Part shown: positions 14,917 to 30,225 of the stretch, piece after piece
Position numbering within the stretch: position 1 is the first letter of the stretch
Layout: each line of letters opens with the position of its first letter
Source of the DNA: the human T2T-CHM13v2.0 reference genome, Homo sapiens
Length of the DNA stretch: 64,000 nucleotides
NCBI RefSeq assembly: GCF_009914755.1
Contig: NC_060932.1
Reading direction: 5' to 3' (one strand)
Made by a program: the position numbers and the translations under genes
The notes under the pieces: generated by a model
Database searches by the model: none
What the model was told of the DNA's origin: nothing
Seen by the model: only the letters and a program-made list of their open reading frames with translations

Positions 14917-15577
14917 TGTTCCAGGTAGTTAGGCATGAATGGAGCAGGAGAGGGCTCTTCCCTACCCACTAGGAATGTTGGGTGATGGTTTGGCAGTTAT
15001 GACATTGTCTCTCTAAAAGTGATAAATTGGGAGTCGGCACCAGGGAGGGGCCATTTCCTGACAGTCCACAGCTGTTACACTAAAGCGTTAATTGAACGCA
15101 GACACCAGGGAGAAGAAACTTCCTGGGCATACACATTAAGAGACAAAATGGCAGAATATGATGTTCTGGGGTGTTCTGAAAAAGAAGGAAAATCTCAAAT
15201 GGGCATGCGTACAACTGCCTGAACACACTGCGCATACTCAACTCCCAAGGGTAAGGAGGGCACTGCGCATGTGGGCAGCCCTCCCTAAGGGGAGAATCTT
15301 GGGAAGGGGGCTGCCTATAAAGTCCTTGGATCAAAGTTAAACACTGCACTTGACCTTGGTGCCTGCTTGGGTCTCTTCCAAGCGTATTTTCCATTTGTCT
15401 CTTTCCTGTTCTAAAGCCTTTTAAATAAACTTCCACTCCTGCTCTCAAACTTGCTTTCATCTCTTTTTCTGCCCTATGACCCTTAGTCAAATTCTTTCTT
15501 CTGAGGAGGCAAATTGAGATTGCTACCGACCCGTATGGATTCACCACCAGTAACCTGGATACCTTCCACCGGTAACG
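14917..15577 (+). mobile_element. ERV1 solo LTR, MER50-like
   Basis: tgtt..aggtagttaggcatga...gcaggagagggctc start, TATAAA 15316-15321, AATAAA 15424-15429, ends ccaccggtaac; flanks cctt/cgtt. Confidence 0.65.
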
Positions 15578-15949
15578 CGTTCATGGACTTTAGAGTCTAG
15601 CAAAAAATAATCCACTTTGGGGACAGATACCTTACAATATTATTCCTTATGGTATATGAACTCTAACAGAATTGCTTCTGACAATTAAGCTGTTTGCACA
15701 ACCTCCCCAACAAAAAAGATTCTTTCGGGTTAAAATATTTTGGGCTCCATGATAAGCTTCAAGGAAGAGAAGATATTTTTAGGGAGAGGCCGAGGTCCAG
15801 TATTTCTTAGACCATATTATACATTGTGCATCTCATTCCACATAGCTATAAATACACTTTGTAGCACAGTAGAAATGCCATTGAACTTGGATCAGGAGAA
15901 GGAATTTGAATCCTGGCTCTGTTGCACATTCTTTTTTGCCTTGGATCCA

Positions 15950-16440
15950 AATAATGTCAAGATTATATATTTAGAAAACACAAGATAGTATACCTCAAAC
16001 TGCTAGATACTATAAAAGAATCCAAGATGGACATTGGTTACAAATTTATATGTAAAAATCAATAGCTGTATGTTATACTGACAGTAACTGGTTAGAAAAT
16101 TTAATGGGAGGAAAGCTCTGCTTTATAACAGCAACAAAAAACATAAACGAGCTAAATATAACAAGAAATGTTCAGAATCAAAATAAAGAAACAAAAAACC
16201 CCAAATTTTTCTATTAACAATGACAAAAAATCCAAACAAACCTACCTAGACTAAAGGGAATAAAATACTTTGATCTTAGGAAACAATAAATTTCCCCTAA
16301 ATTCATCTCTATAGATGATATACTGCCAATCAGAATTACAAGAGGATTTTGGAGAACATACGAAATTATTCTAACATGTGAAAAGAGCTAGGACAATGTT
16401 GCTAAGGAAGAGGAATGCAGGGAACTTGCCTTACCAGATG
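15950..16440 (+). mobile_element. Ancient L1M ORF2 fragments
   Basis: atatatttagaaaacac...aaactgctaga, aaaaatcaatagc, aacttgccttaccagat are decayed RT-region phrases. Confidence 0.5.
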
Positions 16441-16543
16441 CCATTAGGAAACTTTATTAAAGAGAAAGAGGAAGCTGCATGGATGCTGGGGACTATGGTC
16501 GTGAACATGACAACAGTGCCTGGGCAATCAATTAATGTTGTTG

Positions 16544-16572
16544 AATGAATGAATGAATGAATGAATGAATGA
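16544..16572 (+). repeat. (TGAA)n, probably an L2 3' tail
   Basis: aacagtgcctgggca...tgttgttgaatgaatgaatgaatgaatgaatga. Confidence 0.8.
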
Positions 16573-16647
16573 CAACCCTTACCTTATATGAAAACACAGC
16601 TAGCCCATCACTTCTAAATGATGAAAAGGATGAGACAATATTAAAGA

Positions 16648-16910
16648 TGCAGTGGTAAAGAGCACTGGATCTGAAGCTGAACTCTCTGGGTTTGAATCCT
16701 GGTTCCACTACTTGCCAGCTCAGTGGCCTTGTTTAAATTTCTTAACCTCTCAGTGCTTTGCTTTTCTCATCTCTAAGATAACAAAAGTTCTTTACAAGGG
16801 ATGACAACAGTTCTTACTTCATACGGCTGTTGAGAGTAAATGCATTATTCACCTAAAGGCTGTGACGAGTGTCTAGCACAGAATAAGCTCTCAGGAAATA
16901 TTTATTGAAT
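16648..16910 (+). mobile_element. MIR SINE
   Basis: gcagtggtaaagagcactgg...ctgggtttgaatcctggttccactactt...cttaacctctcagtgc. Confidence 0.75.
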
Positions 16911-18419
16911 GAAAAAAGGAAAGGACAGAAAATTATAAATGTAGTCCTTGGTCAAAGGTCAATGACATGGCATCTCATGTTCAAAAACTTGCTGTCACTG
17001 CAGCAAGTATGCTTCACTGTCCACATGTATGATCTAACAAGTTAATCTCAACATGTTAAACCTCCTTTCATCCCAACTGTGTACCTGTAAACTAACAACC
17101 TAATTGCATGATTTCAACCGACCTTATTGTAACTTCAAACTGATTTTTCTCTGGATTCTTATATAACAATTTCTGTCATTTCAAATACATCAGTCTCTGC
17201 CAACAACCTCATATTCTTCAACTTGTTCACTCTTTATTCCCACTACAACTGTTCTTACACTTTTGTAAGCATCTACATCTCTTCCTTTCTCTAAATACAT
17301 CTCCTCCTTAGAAATTTGCTTAATTTCTTATCTGTCTTAGAAATGTCTTTCTTGTCAGTATAACCAGTTCACTGGCCCTTTTTTCTCTTGCACTTACAAT
17401 GAAAATCCTATAAGTGAGCAGCTAAAAGGAGGAGACATTAGTGTCACTAAAAATTTGTTACTTTCCAACCTCAGTTTGCCTTTTGGGAACACACAGCCAT
17501 ACTTTTGTCACATCCTTCTCTCTTCAATTCCTCATATATTTCAGTTTGTGTTCATTTTTCTAAGCTTCTTCATTTCTGAAACAATCTTTTGAACATTTTG
17601 ATTCATCTCTTAATTTGCTGGAGTTTTTGATCAAGTAGTCTTTCGAGAATGAATTAACAGGCATTTTATTTCTTTAATCCTTTCATGTTTAAGAATGCCA
17701 TGGGAAGAATATCTTGGCTGAATATAATATTCTTAGATTATGAGTTCTCACATTCAGAATTTAGTGAACATAGCTTCATTATCTTTTGGCATTGAATGTT
17801 TGTATACTGAAATTTGATGCCAGCCTGATATTTCCCCCAGTAGGTATTTTTCTTATTATGCCTGGATGTCTAAGAATAAACAGCCTCATGATATGTCGTG
17901 GTGTTGAGCATTTGCCATAAAAATATCTTGCCATGCTGTTTTAAATGTTTGGAATGAAATTTTCCTAAAAAACAAAAAAAGGAGGCTATGTGCCCTTTGG
18001 ATGGCAACTTTAGGTGTTTCTTATTTGAAATAATTTCCTTATTTTATCTTTCAATATTTTCTGTTTCATTTGTTGAGTTTCATACTTCAAGGACACCAAT
18101 TGTACTTACTAAAGATCCAGTTTGCCTATTCCAGCTATCAGATTTACTCTGGCTGCTTTAATGTTTGTCCTTTTCATCTCCATTTAGGAGCTTATTCCAA
18201 GTCTTTATCAGCACTTCCATATTCAGACATGTCTACTCTGTTTTGTATTGCTTTAAATTGATATGTGAGTTTATCATCTTGGAATTTTTTATGTGTTTCA
18301 TCTGCTCTTTGTTCCTCTACTCCTCTTTTATTGCATTTATTTGTGTGAATCAAGTGTATTTTGTATCTACTTTACCCCTTCTACTGATGTTATTAGCTGT
18401 ACCTCACTTTATTACTTTA

Positions 18420-18582
18420 TAGTGGATCTCAAACTTCAGAATGCATAAAAATTACCTGGAGTGTTTGTTAAATCACATACTGCTAGGCCCAACCTTAGAG
18501 TTTCTGATTCAAAAAGTAGGAGGTAGGAGCTGAGAATTTGCTTATCTTAACAAGTTCTGAAGCTTATACATTGGGAACCTCT
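18420..18582 (+). mobile_element. MER5A-like hAT MITE
   Basis: agtggatctcaaactt...gcataaaaattacctggag...agagtttctgattc...tgagaatttgc. Confidence 0.65.
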
Positions 18583-18854
18583 TCTCCACAGAATATAATA
18601 CACATCTTTAAATTATCATAATCTACTATCAGGCAATCTTATTCCACCATGTAAGCAATGTTAAGAAACCAAAGACAAAATTAATTGTATCTCCTACTCC
18701 CCTTTGTGTTTTTGTTGACATGTATTTTATTTCAACAAATGCTAAAATTCCATATGTAGTTCTTATTCTCATTTTATACTGTTAATAGATTTTTAAATAA
18801 ATGTTAAAATATATTCAAGATAAAAATAATAAACACATATTTTACATTTACCTA

Positions 18855-19933
<1,079 letters not shown>

Positions 19934-21041
19934 AACCTACACATATAGCATGTGAAAATAAGGCTAGAAGTCCCACTTAAAACTATGTAATGCCTTTCAA
20001 AATTTAAGCTTAAAGAGGACATTTTACGCTGTAAGAAAATGCTTATTTGGCATCACTGATTTTTATTTCTCCAGGACCTAAGTCTGAGATTTTTGTATTA
20101 AAATAACTCATCCAAATCAATCTCACCTTTACATTTTATACCTCACAAATTGCTTTTTTAATGATGTTTAAGAAATGATTGTGAATTCTGATAATGATTG
20201 GTTTAATTAGCAACTAAATGTCAAATACATCTGTTTAAAATAGGAGATACATGCAAAAACGTACTGTTAAGAGTCAGAGTAGAACAAAGTTCAGAGTAGA
20301 CATTGGATATTAATAACAATGTAAATTTATTGCCATATTAAAATTAACTTAAGGTTTAAATGAGACAGTATAGGCAAAGACAAAGAGAAAATAGAGAAGA
20401 AAAAGCATATTATCAGGAATTAAGAAATATAGGAATGGGGGGAATGGGGAGTACTTTTTCTTCTTATTTTACGTTTGCCATTCCCAGAATCAAGGAAGTA
20501 TATTTTAATCACATGCAAGCATCAACAACAAAATACTGGGTAATAAGAAAATAAAGTACAACTGAAAATGAGAGAGTTTATTTGGAATGAATTTGTTTCT
20601 GAACTTTCATAGTTATTTAATTCTATCATTAAAATTTCAAACGATTAGGTTTTATCCACCTCAAAGTAAATGAAAGGCAGCATTCCAGAAATAGTATAAA
20701 TCCATCTGATGAAACAGAAGTTAGGTTTTACTATGTGTATAAAGTAGAGAACTCTTTTAATATGTGATACAAAGTATCTGATTCTACAGAATTTTTGGAC
20801 GCCAACCTGTCTTCTTCAGTAAACAGCACATGGAAAATTATATTATGTTTCCCTTTCTAACTTAAAAATAGAAGGTACTAAAATTCTGAATCTGTTCCAG
20901 TAAGTGTATTCTTGGTATAGTTAACACCACTGTCTCTTACGCTCCTCAATTTTAGCTCACCTTAGGTCAAATCAACCTGTTCACTCCTTTATAACCTAAG
21001 ATGCATATCCGCAAATTTAGAGGAACAGAGCAAACCACTGT

Positions 21042-21047
21042 AAAGAA

Positions 21048-21091
<44 letters not shown>

Positions 21092-21156
21092 GAAAGGAAG
21101 GAAGGAAGGAAGGAAGGAAGGAAGGAAGGAAGGAAGGAAGGAAGGAAGAAAGAAAG

Positions 21157-21215
<59 letters not shown>

Positions 21216-21350
21216 AGGAAGGAAAGAAAGAAAGAAAGAGAAAGAAAGAAAGAGAAAGAAAGAAGGGAGGGAGGGAGGGAGGGAGGGGAGGGGAGGGCAG
21301 GAGGGGAGGGAAGGGGAGGAAGGAAGGAAGGAAGGAAGGAAGGAAGGAAA
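21042..21350 (+). repeat. Compound polypurine microsatellite (GAAA)n/(GGAA)13/(GAAA)n/(GGAG)n/(GGAA)8
   Basis: 309 bp with a single pyrimidine (C at 21298); GGAA x13 at 21096-21147 and x8 at 21318-21349. Confidence 0.97.
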
Positions 21351-22939
21351 TGTATCCTTATAAGGATAGATCTGCCATTTTCTTGCTGTATTCATAATGA
21401 CTGAGTCCATACACATTGCAGGAACTGCAAGAATGAAGTTGAACCAGGGAAAGGGTTTACTTACCTGGTAATAGCATAACTTCTGATGTTGTGGTGCCAA
21501 TCCTGATTATTTTTCTCAATAGACATCTTCACTGATCACAGACCACAGTAATTCCATTAATCATTTTTGTTTCCTCAGGAGCTAGGGGACTATACCCAAA
21601 GGAGAAATAAGATACTATTAATGGAAAAGGATTAGAATATATCCTGTTCTTACAGTTCCTAATTTGAGGTCTACAAGCTAAGCCTTTAAGCCCCAATTTG
21701 GGGTCTAAAACACCTCATCCAGGTATTTCTTACTGTTTGCAATAAGAACAGTAATGCTAGATTAGGACCATCTTATCTAGTAGGTAGTAGATGGAGGCTA
21801 AATAATTAGGATCATCTTCAATGTGGATAATTTAATGATAACAAATATGTAACCCTAGTTAATAAAATCTTCTTAAAAGAAATAACACTCTTTGTATTCT
21901 TATATTCCATCCAATTGTATACATCAATATTTATCTCCACACAGACTGTTCTTAAAATAAATGATGCTTGATTTTTAAATATTATACTATTGTGAATATT
22001 TATTCTTTGCTGTTTTTTAGAGATATTCACAAGCTTATATAATAGAGTAAGTTAATTAGTCACTTTTATCTGAGAAAGAACCTTAACAAAGTCAATTTAC
22101 ATGTTTGCTGATATAAATTGCCTCTCTTCTGTGTTTTTTTTAAACAATACATTGCTTTTAATGCCTCCAAGAAGTACCATAGATGTACTTTTAAAATTTA
22201 TATAATTGCTTTAGAGAAAATGAGCTTAATGACACCATAATTAATAATGCATTTATGTGCTAAATTTCCCTATGACTTCTTCAATGAAGTCTTCTTCACC
22301 TCCCTGCTTGCCCTTTCAAATCAAATCAGGAGAAATGTCCCCTTAGCAAACACGTTGTAGCTTACCCTCAAATCTATACTATTATGTTTCTCACTGAAGC
22401 TTTGATGTCCTGAAGTCTGCATCTTTCACTCTTCAGTTGGATTGTGTGCTTTTTCTCCTGTGCTATCAAGAGAAATGTTAAATTCTTTTGTCACTTGAGA
22501 ATTTAAAAATTGAATTTTCAAAGGCAGAACACCTTTCAGACAGTTATGCAGATGCTTTCTTAGAGACATAAGTAACTAGGCTCTATCGTTTAATGAATTC
22601 TATAAGAATTTTATAATAACCTACAAGTAAATTTAACAGACTTCCAGTTCCAGAAATAGCTTGGAGAAATGATCCTAAAAATCCCTTTACAAAAATAAAT
22701 AAATAAAACCACAAAATAAAACAAAACAGAACAAATACATTTTAAAATATAAAGCAGAAACAAAGGGAATGCTGAAAACTAGTAAGCAAGCATATGAACT
22801 GAAACTCTGGCATATACCAAAGATCCCTAAAATTTATATCCTCTGTGAAGGAATACATTAGAAAAACCCTACCAAGCACAGAGATGACCAGGAGGCTTAA
22901 CTCTCTTGACCTCAGTTGGGTGAAGGATAGATACATGTA

Positions 22940-24330
22940 AAGCCAATTCACAAAACAGGAAGTACAAATGGCCAAGAAATGTATAAAAAGATGTGCAATC
23001 ACGTTAGTAATGGAGGAAAAGCAAATTGAGACAATAAGAAATATAATTTGCCCCTATCAGATTAGCAAACCTTTTTAGTTGGACAATATTAAGTACTGTG
23101 GAGGATGCTGAGTAATGACAGTGCTAATGCACAGCTGATGGGAGAATAAATGAGATCAAAGTGGTATCATTTAGCAAACCTGAAGATACTCACACCCTTG
23201 GACCTATCAGAGAAATTATCAGACCAAAGAAGAACAAAATGTTCATTATCATATTGTTTATAACAGTAAAATATTTTAAAAAATGTATAAAACAATATAA
23301 ATTCCCATCAATGGGATGTTAGAAAAATAAATGGTAGCATATTCCACCATTTACAATGGGTACTGCGTACTATATATCAGTGAAAAATATAAACTAAATC
23401 AAAGCTATATAGATAAAGGGTAAATTCCAGGAATAAAACGTGATTTTTAAGAAATCCAGCTGCCAAATGACGATACCATACTACATGATTTATATAATGC
23501 TTAAAGACATGTGTCCAAATAATATATATAGTGTTTATTTAAAGTAAATGTATAAAGCATTCATAACATATGTAAAATGCATCCATAAAATCCATGTATT
23601 AGAAGTAACAGTATTAAAAATTGTGGGAATAATAAATTTAATATGGCTATAATCTCAATGGAAGTAAAAAGGGGTATGAGATCGAAGAGGGGTAAGATAA
23701 GCTACAATTCTAATCTGTACTGCCTTGTTTATTTTTTAAAAAACACAATTATCTGTAACAGTTGTGAGGGTGGATTAAGTATTAAGAAAAGTGAACTGTT
23801 TCATCTGCTATTGGTGGAAGGGTAAATTCCAATGTCTTTGGAAGGCAATTTGACAGTATCTATCAAAACGTAAAATGCATATACCTATTATTCATCAATT
23901 ATATTTCTAGTAATTTATTCTATGAATATATTTGATGTAATAAAAAGGTAAATATAGAAAGGTATGTATTGCAGCAATGTTTGTAATAGCAAAACTTTTG
24001 AAACAACTTAAAGGGGACTGATTAAATAATGATATGTCCATAAAGTGAATATGCAAAATGAATGGGGTAGCTCTCTAATGGCTGAGAAGAAAAGATCCTT
24101 GATATAAACTGAGTAAAAACAAGCAAGGCAAAGAAGAATGGCACTGTATGTACACAGATGTGGTCTCATTGGTGTAAGAAATATATATGCTTAGAAACAA
24201 ATCTGTGTAAGCATATCCATGAAAATATTTGGAAGTTTACATAAATTGTTAAAGACAGATGCTTCTATGGAGGAGAACTGAGAGAATGAGGTGGAATGAG
24301 ATTTAAATTTCATGGTATATGCTTTGTACA
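22940..24330 (+). mobile_element. Old L1M 3' fragments (at least two segments)
   Basis: caattcacaaaacaggaagtacaaatggccaagaaatgtataaaaagatg; tttggaaggcaatttgacagtatctatcaaaa; tgcagcaatgtttgtaatagcaaaa. Confidence 0.6.
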
Positions 24331-24458
24331 AAAATGGGTAAGATAAACGTGCTGGGTTAAACCACTATATATTTTGACCTGTAATAGGAAGAGTTTCACA
24401 CAGTTCAGTCGTCTAATATGCATGATGTAAAGCATGGCTTAGAAGGCTTCCACTATGA

Positions 24459-24667
24459 GTCAGGTGGATTACTTGAGGTCAGGAGTTGAAGACCAGCCTG
24501 GCCAACATGGTGAAACCCATCTCTACTAAAAATACAAAAAATTAGCCAGGTGTGGTGGCACATGCCTGTAGTTGTAGCTACTCAGGAGGCTTAGGTAAGA
24601 GAATCGCTTGAAGCTGGGAGTTGGAGGTTGCTGTGAGGCAGGATTGCGCCACTGTTCTGCAGACTGG

Positions 24668-24703
<36 letters not shown>

Positions 24704-24723
24704 GGGAGAGAGAGAGAGAGAGA
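24459..24723 (+). mobile_element. 5'-truncated Alu whose 3' end and tail are a (GA)n microsatellite
   Basis: Begins about 50 nt into the Alu consensus; (GA)n at about 24668-24723; TSD cttccactatga at 24447-24458 and 24724-24735. Confidence 0.9.
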
Positions 24724-25491
24724 CTTCCACTATGACATTCAGAGCACTTTGACAAACAGACCATATAATAGGTCTGAAGGCCTTTTTGCTTGATTGCAAG
24801 TGGAACTTCCAGCAGCTTAGGTGAAGCAGAACAAGGGTCAGCCAGTCTCTTGGGACTGGTGATCTGGGTTGAAAAGCCAAGTGCACCAGGGTAGCAATGC
24901 GCGGTCACAGAGGCTGTGCTGGGCACAGAAACGATCTGAAGAGATGAGTTGCCAGTAGCAGAGCTTGACGATTATTAGCAAGCCTGTTCTGAGTGCAGTT
25001 TTAACAGAATGCATCTATTGGCAGGAGTGTGAGAGGCAGCAAATGCTTGTGGCTTGTTCTTGCTCTGACTGCAACATTAACTCAGCTTTACTTGGATGAC
25101 TGCCAAGGAGAGCTTCAGGAAGCTCTCCTTGGAAGAGATGCAATTATCCCCTTGCCCTTTTTCAAAATTCTCTCATGTCACTTTGTAGTCTGGCTGTAGC
25201 AATGTCATGCCTGATAGCTGGTGTCTGATGTGAGCCTTAGCCAAGGGTGTCATTACCTGGAGAGGGTACAGCGATGTAACCCTACACCATGATCTATAGT
25301 GAACCTGTGAGTGCTACAACCCCAAGCTTTTACTGGTTCAACACTGAAGCCAATCTGCCAGGCAGAAGGGAAAAGAGATGATTTGTTTGCTCTGGGATTG
25401 GGTCATTGCTGGCTGACTCTGTCAGTTAAAAGGGCCTCCTCTAATTGCAGTGTTCTCCTCTTGTACGGGGTTCTTTTTAAGTGGTTTTGGA

Positions 25492-25515
25492 GTGTGTGTG
25501 TGTGTGTGTGTGTGT
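25492..25515. repeat. (GT)12 microsatellite
   Basis: Directly visible. Confidence 0.95.
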
Positions 25516-25699
25516 TAAATTTTATTACTTTTACTAAATTTCCCTCTATTTTTCCCTTGCAAGAGAATCTATTAAACTAATTGAATTTATTTACCTTATT
25601 TTGGTTTCTATTCGTTCATCAATTCGTTCCTCCATCAATCCACTAAACATCACCAGTATAACTGAAACTAAATATTAGACTCTGGGGATGAAAAGCGGT

Positions 25700-25930
25700 A
25701 CACTATAGTGGTTAGAAGCATGGTTTCAGGAGTCAGGAACGTGGGCTCTATCCAGGATTATCCACTTACTTGATCTTACATTAGGTTTTCTAATCTCTTT
25801 ACACCTTGGTTTCCCCAACATATAAATAGAACCTACCTCATAGTGTTATTATAAACATTAAATATCAATATAAAGAGATCTGCACAGAGGATGAAACACA
25901 GTAAGTCTACAATACATGTAAACTTTTATT
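25700..25930 (+). mobile_element. MIR SINE
   Basis: tatagtggttagaagcatgg...ggagtcag...acctacctcatagtgttatt. Confidence 0.6.
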
Positions 25931-27272
25931 AATAATGATCTATGAAAATTGTTTATTTTATCCTTACAAATGACAGCCATAGGTACAGTTCTGTACCTAG
26001 GCCATGTCTGAAACAAAGATGCAGTTTCCATCTTATTAGAGAGGATATTTTAACAGGCTCTAAACTGAGCCTCTTATTCGTGTTCAGGAAAATCATCTGA
26101 GGCTGGAGATGGATAGTCTCATATCCAAGGTCTTTGTTCAGAGAAGCCACAGGCAAAAATATGTTACCCTCTTCCTATTCTCCTATCTGTCCAAATAAAA
26201 TGCAGCTTTAATGCTCTTCTGGGTGGTATAACTGAGTTTTTTCTTCTCTCTTTAGTCCTTGCGTGAGGACATTTATAACATCAACCAATCTTTCAAAAAG
26301 CTAGGCAATTCCCTTATGAAATATATTTCAAGGGTTTATTACAAAAAATATACAAATAGCTCTCTGTTCCAAAAAAATTCGTCAAACACTGTGATTTGCT
26401 ATCAAGTCACAACACAAAACAGACCCGCCACAGGGCTTGGAGCCCTCCTGTAAGGTTTTGGAATAAAGACCCTTAAAGACTCTTTCTCCACCTAATGCAA
26501 TCCCTCTTACACTTCTGAGCTGATCAGAATTCAATCCAGCGAAGTTTAGAAATAATTTAATAGTGTTTCATTCTTCCTGCTATTAACACCAGAGGCCAAA
26601 GTTGACAGGATAGACATCATCTTCAATAAGATTTTGAGGCAGAAACAACTGTGCTTCATGAATGAAAGCCTCTTTGCCCACAAATAAACTTGGCATAGAC
26701 TATCATCTCCATTTCTCCAATTGCACCTAACTAACATTTCAGAGATTCAAATAATACAAATATATAATACACTTTGACATGATGGATTCCAGCTTCCAAC
26801 ATGCTGGGTTTCCTGTGACCTAAAGAAAATACTCTGAATTATTTCATGCCTTCTCTTAAGGACAAATAGCTGATTCTCATGAATAAGCTGAAAATCCTCA
26901 AAGCACAGTTAGTAATATGCAGGCTTAGGACTTAATGTCAGCTCCTCATTTTGTGTAACTTCTTAATGTGTTCCTGTTTTCAGTTCCTTTGTTTATCTGT
27001 CGTAAGTATTCAGGGATTTTGAACTCAGCCCCATGGGTAGAACCTACCTTGAATGTGTCAAAATTCAATGACCAACAGCATTTATCTTGTCACCAGTCAA
27101 GCTTCAGGTCTCAGCTCCAACATCATTTCCTTATATATACTTTTTCCCCATGATACATTCTCATATCTCCCCATCTTTTTCCTTTCTTGTACCTATCATT
27201 AATTCGAATGGTACTCTTATGTAATTATTTGATTCATACCTGTCTCCTCTACTAGATCCAAATTTAATAGAA

Positions 27273-27423
27273 GGCATAGTGGTATGCACTTATAATCTCT
27301 GCTACTCAGGAGGCTGAGGTGGGAGAAGCGGGAGAATTGCTTGAGACCAGAAGTTTGAGGCCAGGCCGGGCAATGAAGTGAGACCTCCTCATATTTAAAA
27401 ACAAAACAAAACAAAACAAAAAA
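27273..27423 (+). mobile_element. Alu monomer (FLAM-like) with (AAAAC)n tail, inserted in L2-like sequence
   Basis: ggcatagtggtatgcacttataatctctgctactcaggaggctgagg...gcaatgaagtgagacc; single arm only. Confidence 0.75.
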
Positions 27424-29868
27424 CTCCTTGAGGACAGGTAGCTTCTAGTTTTGCTTTGTTTACCTTTATATTCCATTGCTTAGCAAAATCTCTAGAATTT
27501 AGCAATCAATAAAAATTATTAAATAAATGAAAGCACACATAAGAATAAATTTCCTCCAAATTGTTTTCTTTTATTTTACCTTTCCACAGTCATTCCCATA
27601 TTTCTTTATGTTCATCTAATCCATATTTCATGGAATGAATTATCCCATGCATCTGGCTGAATCCCAATTAAACCTTTCCTCTCTTCCCATTGATAAGTTC
27701 AGGAAACCAACCCTTTTCCCCATTGTAACATTCCCATCTATTATGCCTTAGACCATCCCACATAAAGTAGATGTTGTGAGTCAGACACAAGGGAAAACAG
27801 AACCCAAGGAGGTAAAGGCAAAGAGATGAATGAATTTTAAGTAATTCTGAAAAATGTTAACTGTGCCTCTAAAGCACTAAAAATCTTTTCCTGAGATTTA
27901 GCCATATAAACACAAACCTAGGCATGAAATAGTTTGCATAGTACTCGTATGTTTAAAATACAATTCAACTGTAATATTCACCAATTTTGGAGATATTATA
28001 AATAACATAAAAGAAACAATTGACGCTTGGCATTTGAATTTAGTATCTGTGGTTTAGATTATTTGGGAATGACCATGAATACCACCAAGAAGTATTAATT
28101 TATACCTTGGGTAAGAATGTCTGCCCTTCATTATGGTGTTTAGAGTAATAAGTAAACATATGTCAGCACTTAGCACAAAGCAGATGTGCAAGGCACCTCT
28201 CTAGTAAAAGATCTAATTATTTTACTGGTATTCTTATTTTAATTAGTGAAATTCCATATCTGAATTAAAAGCATTCTTGATTTGAGAAATTATAACAATC
28301 TCCAGAGTTATTCCTCAGCCTGGTATAGGCTTACTGACAATTTGCATAGTCTCAGGATTAAACAAAAATTCTTCCAACTTTTAATATTACAGGTTTCTGA
28401 TTATTTAATCATTCTTTCATGCACACAGCTTGACATAACAGTATTTTGGAAAAGAAAGTAAAAGAGTTAGTGAAAAGCCTCCCAGTGGGAAAACAATTAG
28501 TAAACATGGATTTTTACCTCCTTTTTTTCCTTTTGTATCAACTCTAGAGGGTGGAAGTTCTGAGAATAAGTGAGCCTTCAGAAACTGCCATTTCTACACA
28601 TAGAGGGAAAACTTGATAGCATTTCACTTGGGGCATTCAATTTATCTCTTATCTCCACAACACAAACAAGATAAAGGAGAGGATGTCTCAATGGCAGATT
28701 CAGTCTAATTTACAGCAATGGCATACCAACTGCAAGCAATGGGAGAAGAAAGACTAAGTTAACAGTGCAGGTGGCATCTGTAAGCCTTAGAGCTTTGATA
28801 GAATTTCAACAGGCTGGACATGTTCTATAGTCAGGACTAAACAAACAAACACTAAAACTAAAACAAACAAAAACCTCAAACATTTGTCAATGATTAAAAA
28901 TGTGTCTTTCCTAGAGGGATAAAGGGAAAGGAAGGGTTAAAAAGGTGAGAATAAAGTTCTGGTAATAACTGATAAGCAGGAGAATGAGATTAAATAAAAG
29001 AGTAAATTCCTGGATGCCATGTACATTTTTTTCCTGTTCTGAAATAGAGAGTGCTTTGAGTTTAAGATGAGGATAATACCTTATTCCTCTGTATGCACAA
29101 GTTGGTTTGAGACAAAAGGCCCTGCCTCTTCCTGCTGCATGCCATTCTAAGAGACAGTATTTCTTTATGCTGCGGTTGTGCATTAGGCTCAGCTGGCGGA
29201 GGTCATGTCTGAATGGTGACAGAGGGAATATGAGCTTGAACTGCTATTCAAGGAAGGATAGCTCTTCTTCCAGCTCATCCACTCTGTCTTATCTCCACTT
29301 ACAATTTGCTGGCTGCTAAAAATGCTTGTATCTGGTCTTTAAAAACATTCTTTACTCTCGTAGGCAACTTAAGGAATAAGATTAGTCCCAGTTTCGCCAG
29401 ATATGAACTCTCTGCCTCATTATCCAGCTGCAGAAAATCCATAAGAACTCAATGAAGCTGAGTTTATCAGTCTTCATCCACTCGCTATATCACATTTTTA
29501 GGGCTCTGATGTGTCTGGGCCTTCTAGTCTCTTCCCCTTCCGTTTTCAGCCTATCAAGTCAATGTGGTTATCATTTTCAGGCACACAACTTCAACACATT
29601 CTCTGTGCTTGATTAACTTGTGGTTGGAAATAGGTGTAAGAAATAGGTGCATAGGTGCACATTTGCTGTTTCTACACTAAAGACCTTGGCACTGAGTTCC
29701 AGGTTTGAACTGGTGATCAGAATTTAGACAATTCTGAGAAAAGAGGTTCAGGTCTGACAAACCTGCCTTACTTAGAGTACTCTCTGCTCTCACTGTCAGT
29801 GATACTGGAATTTTTAGTCAAGATTCTGAGAGGCTTCCATCATCCTGGACTTTAAGGGATGGTGATGA

Positions 29869-30225
<357 letters not shown>

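Noticed and set aside
15019-15547. 155-aa and overlapping ORFs
   Set aside because: Entirely inside a solo LTR; no coding features
20967-21500. 177-aa and 120-aa ORFs with FLPS/KKER/KEGR repeats
   Set aside because: Translations of the purine microsatellite, which lacks stop codons by composition
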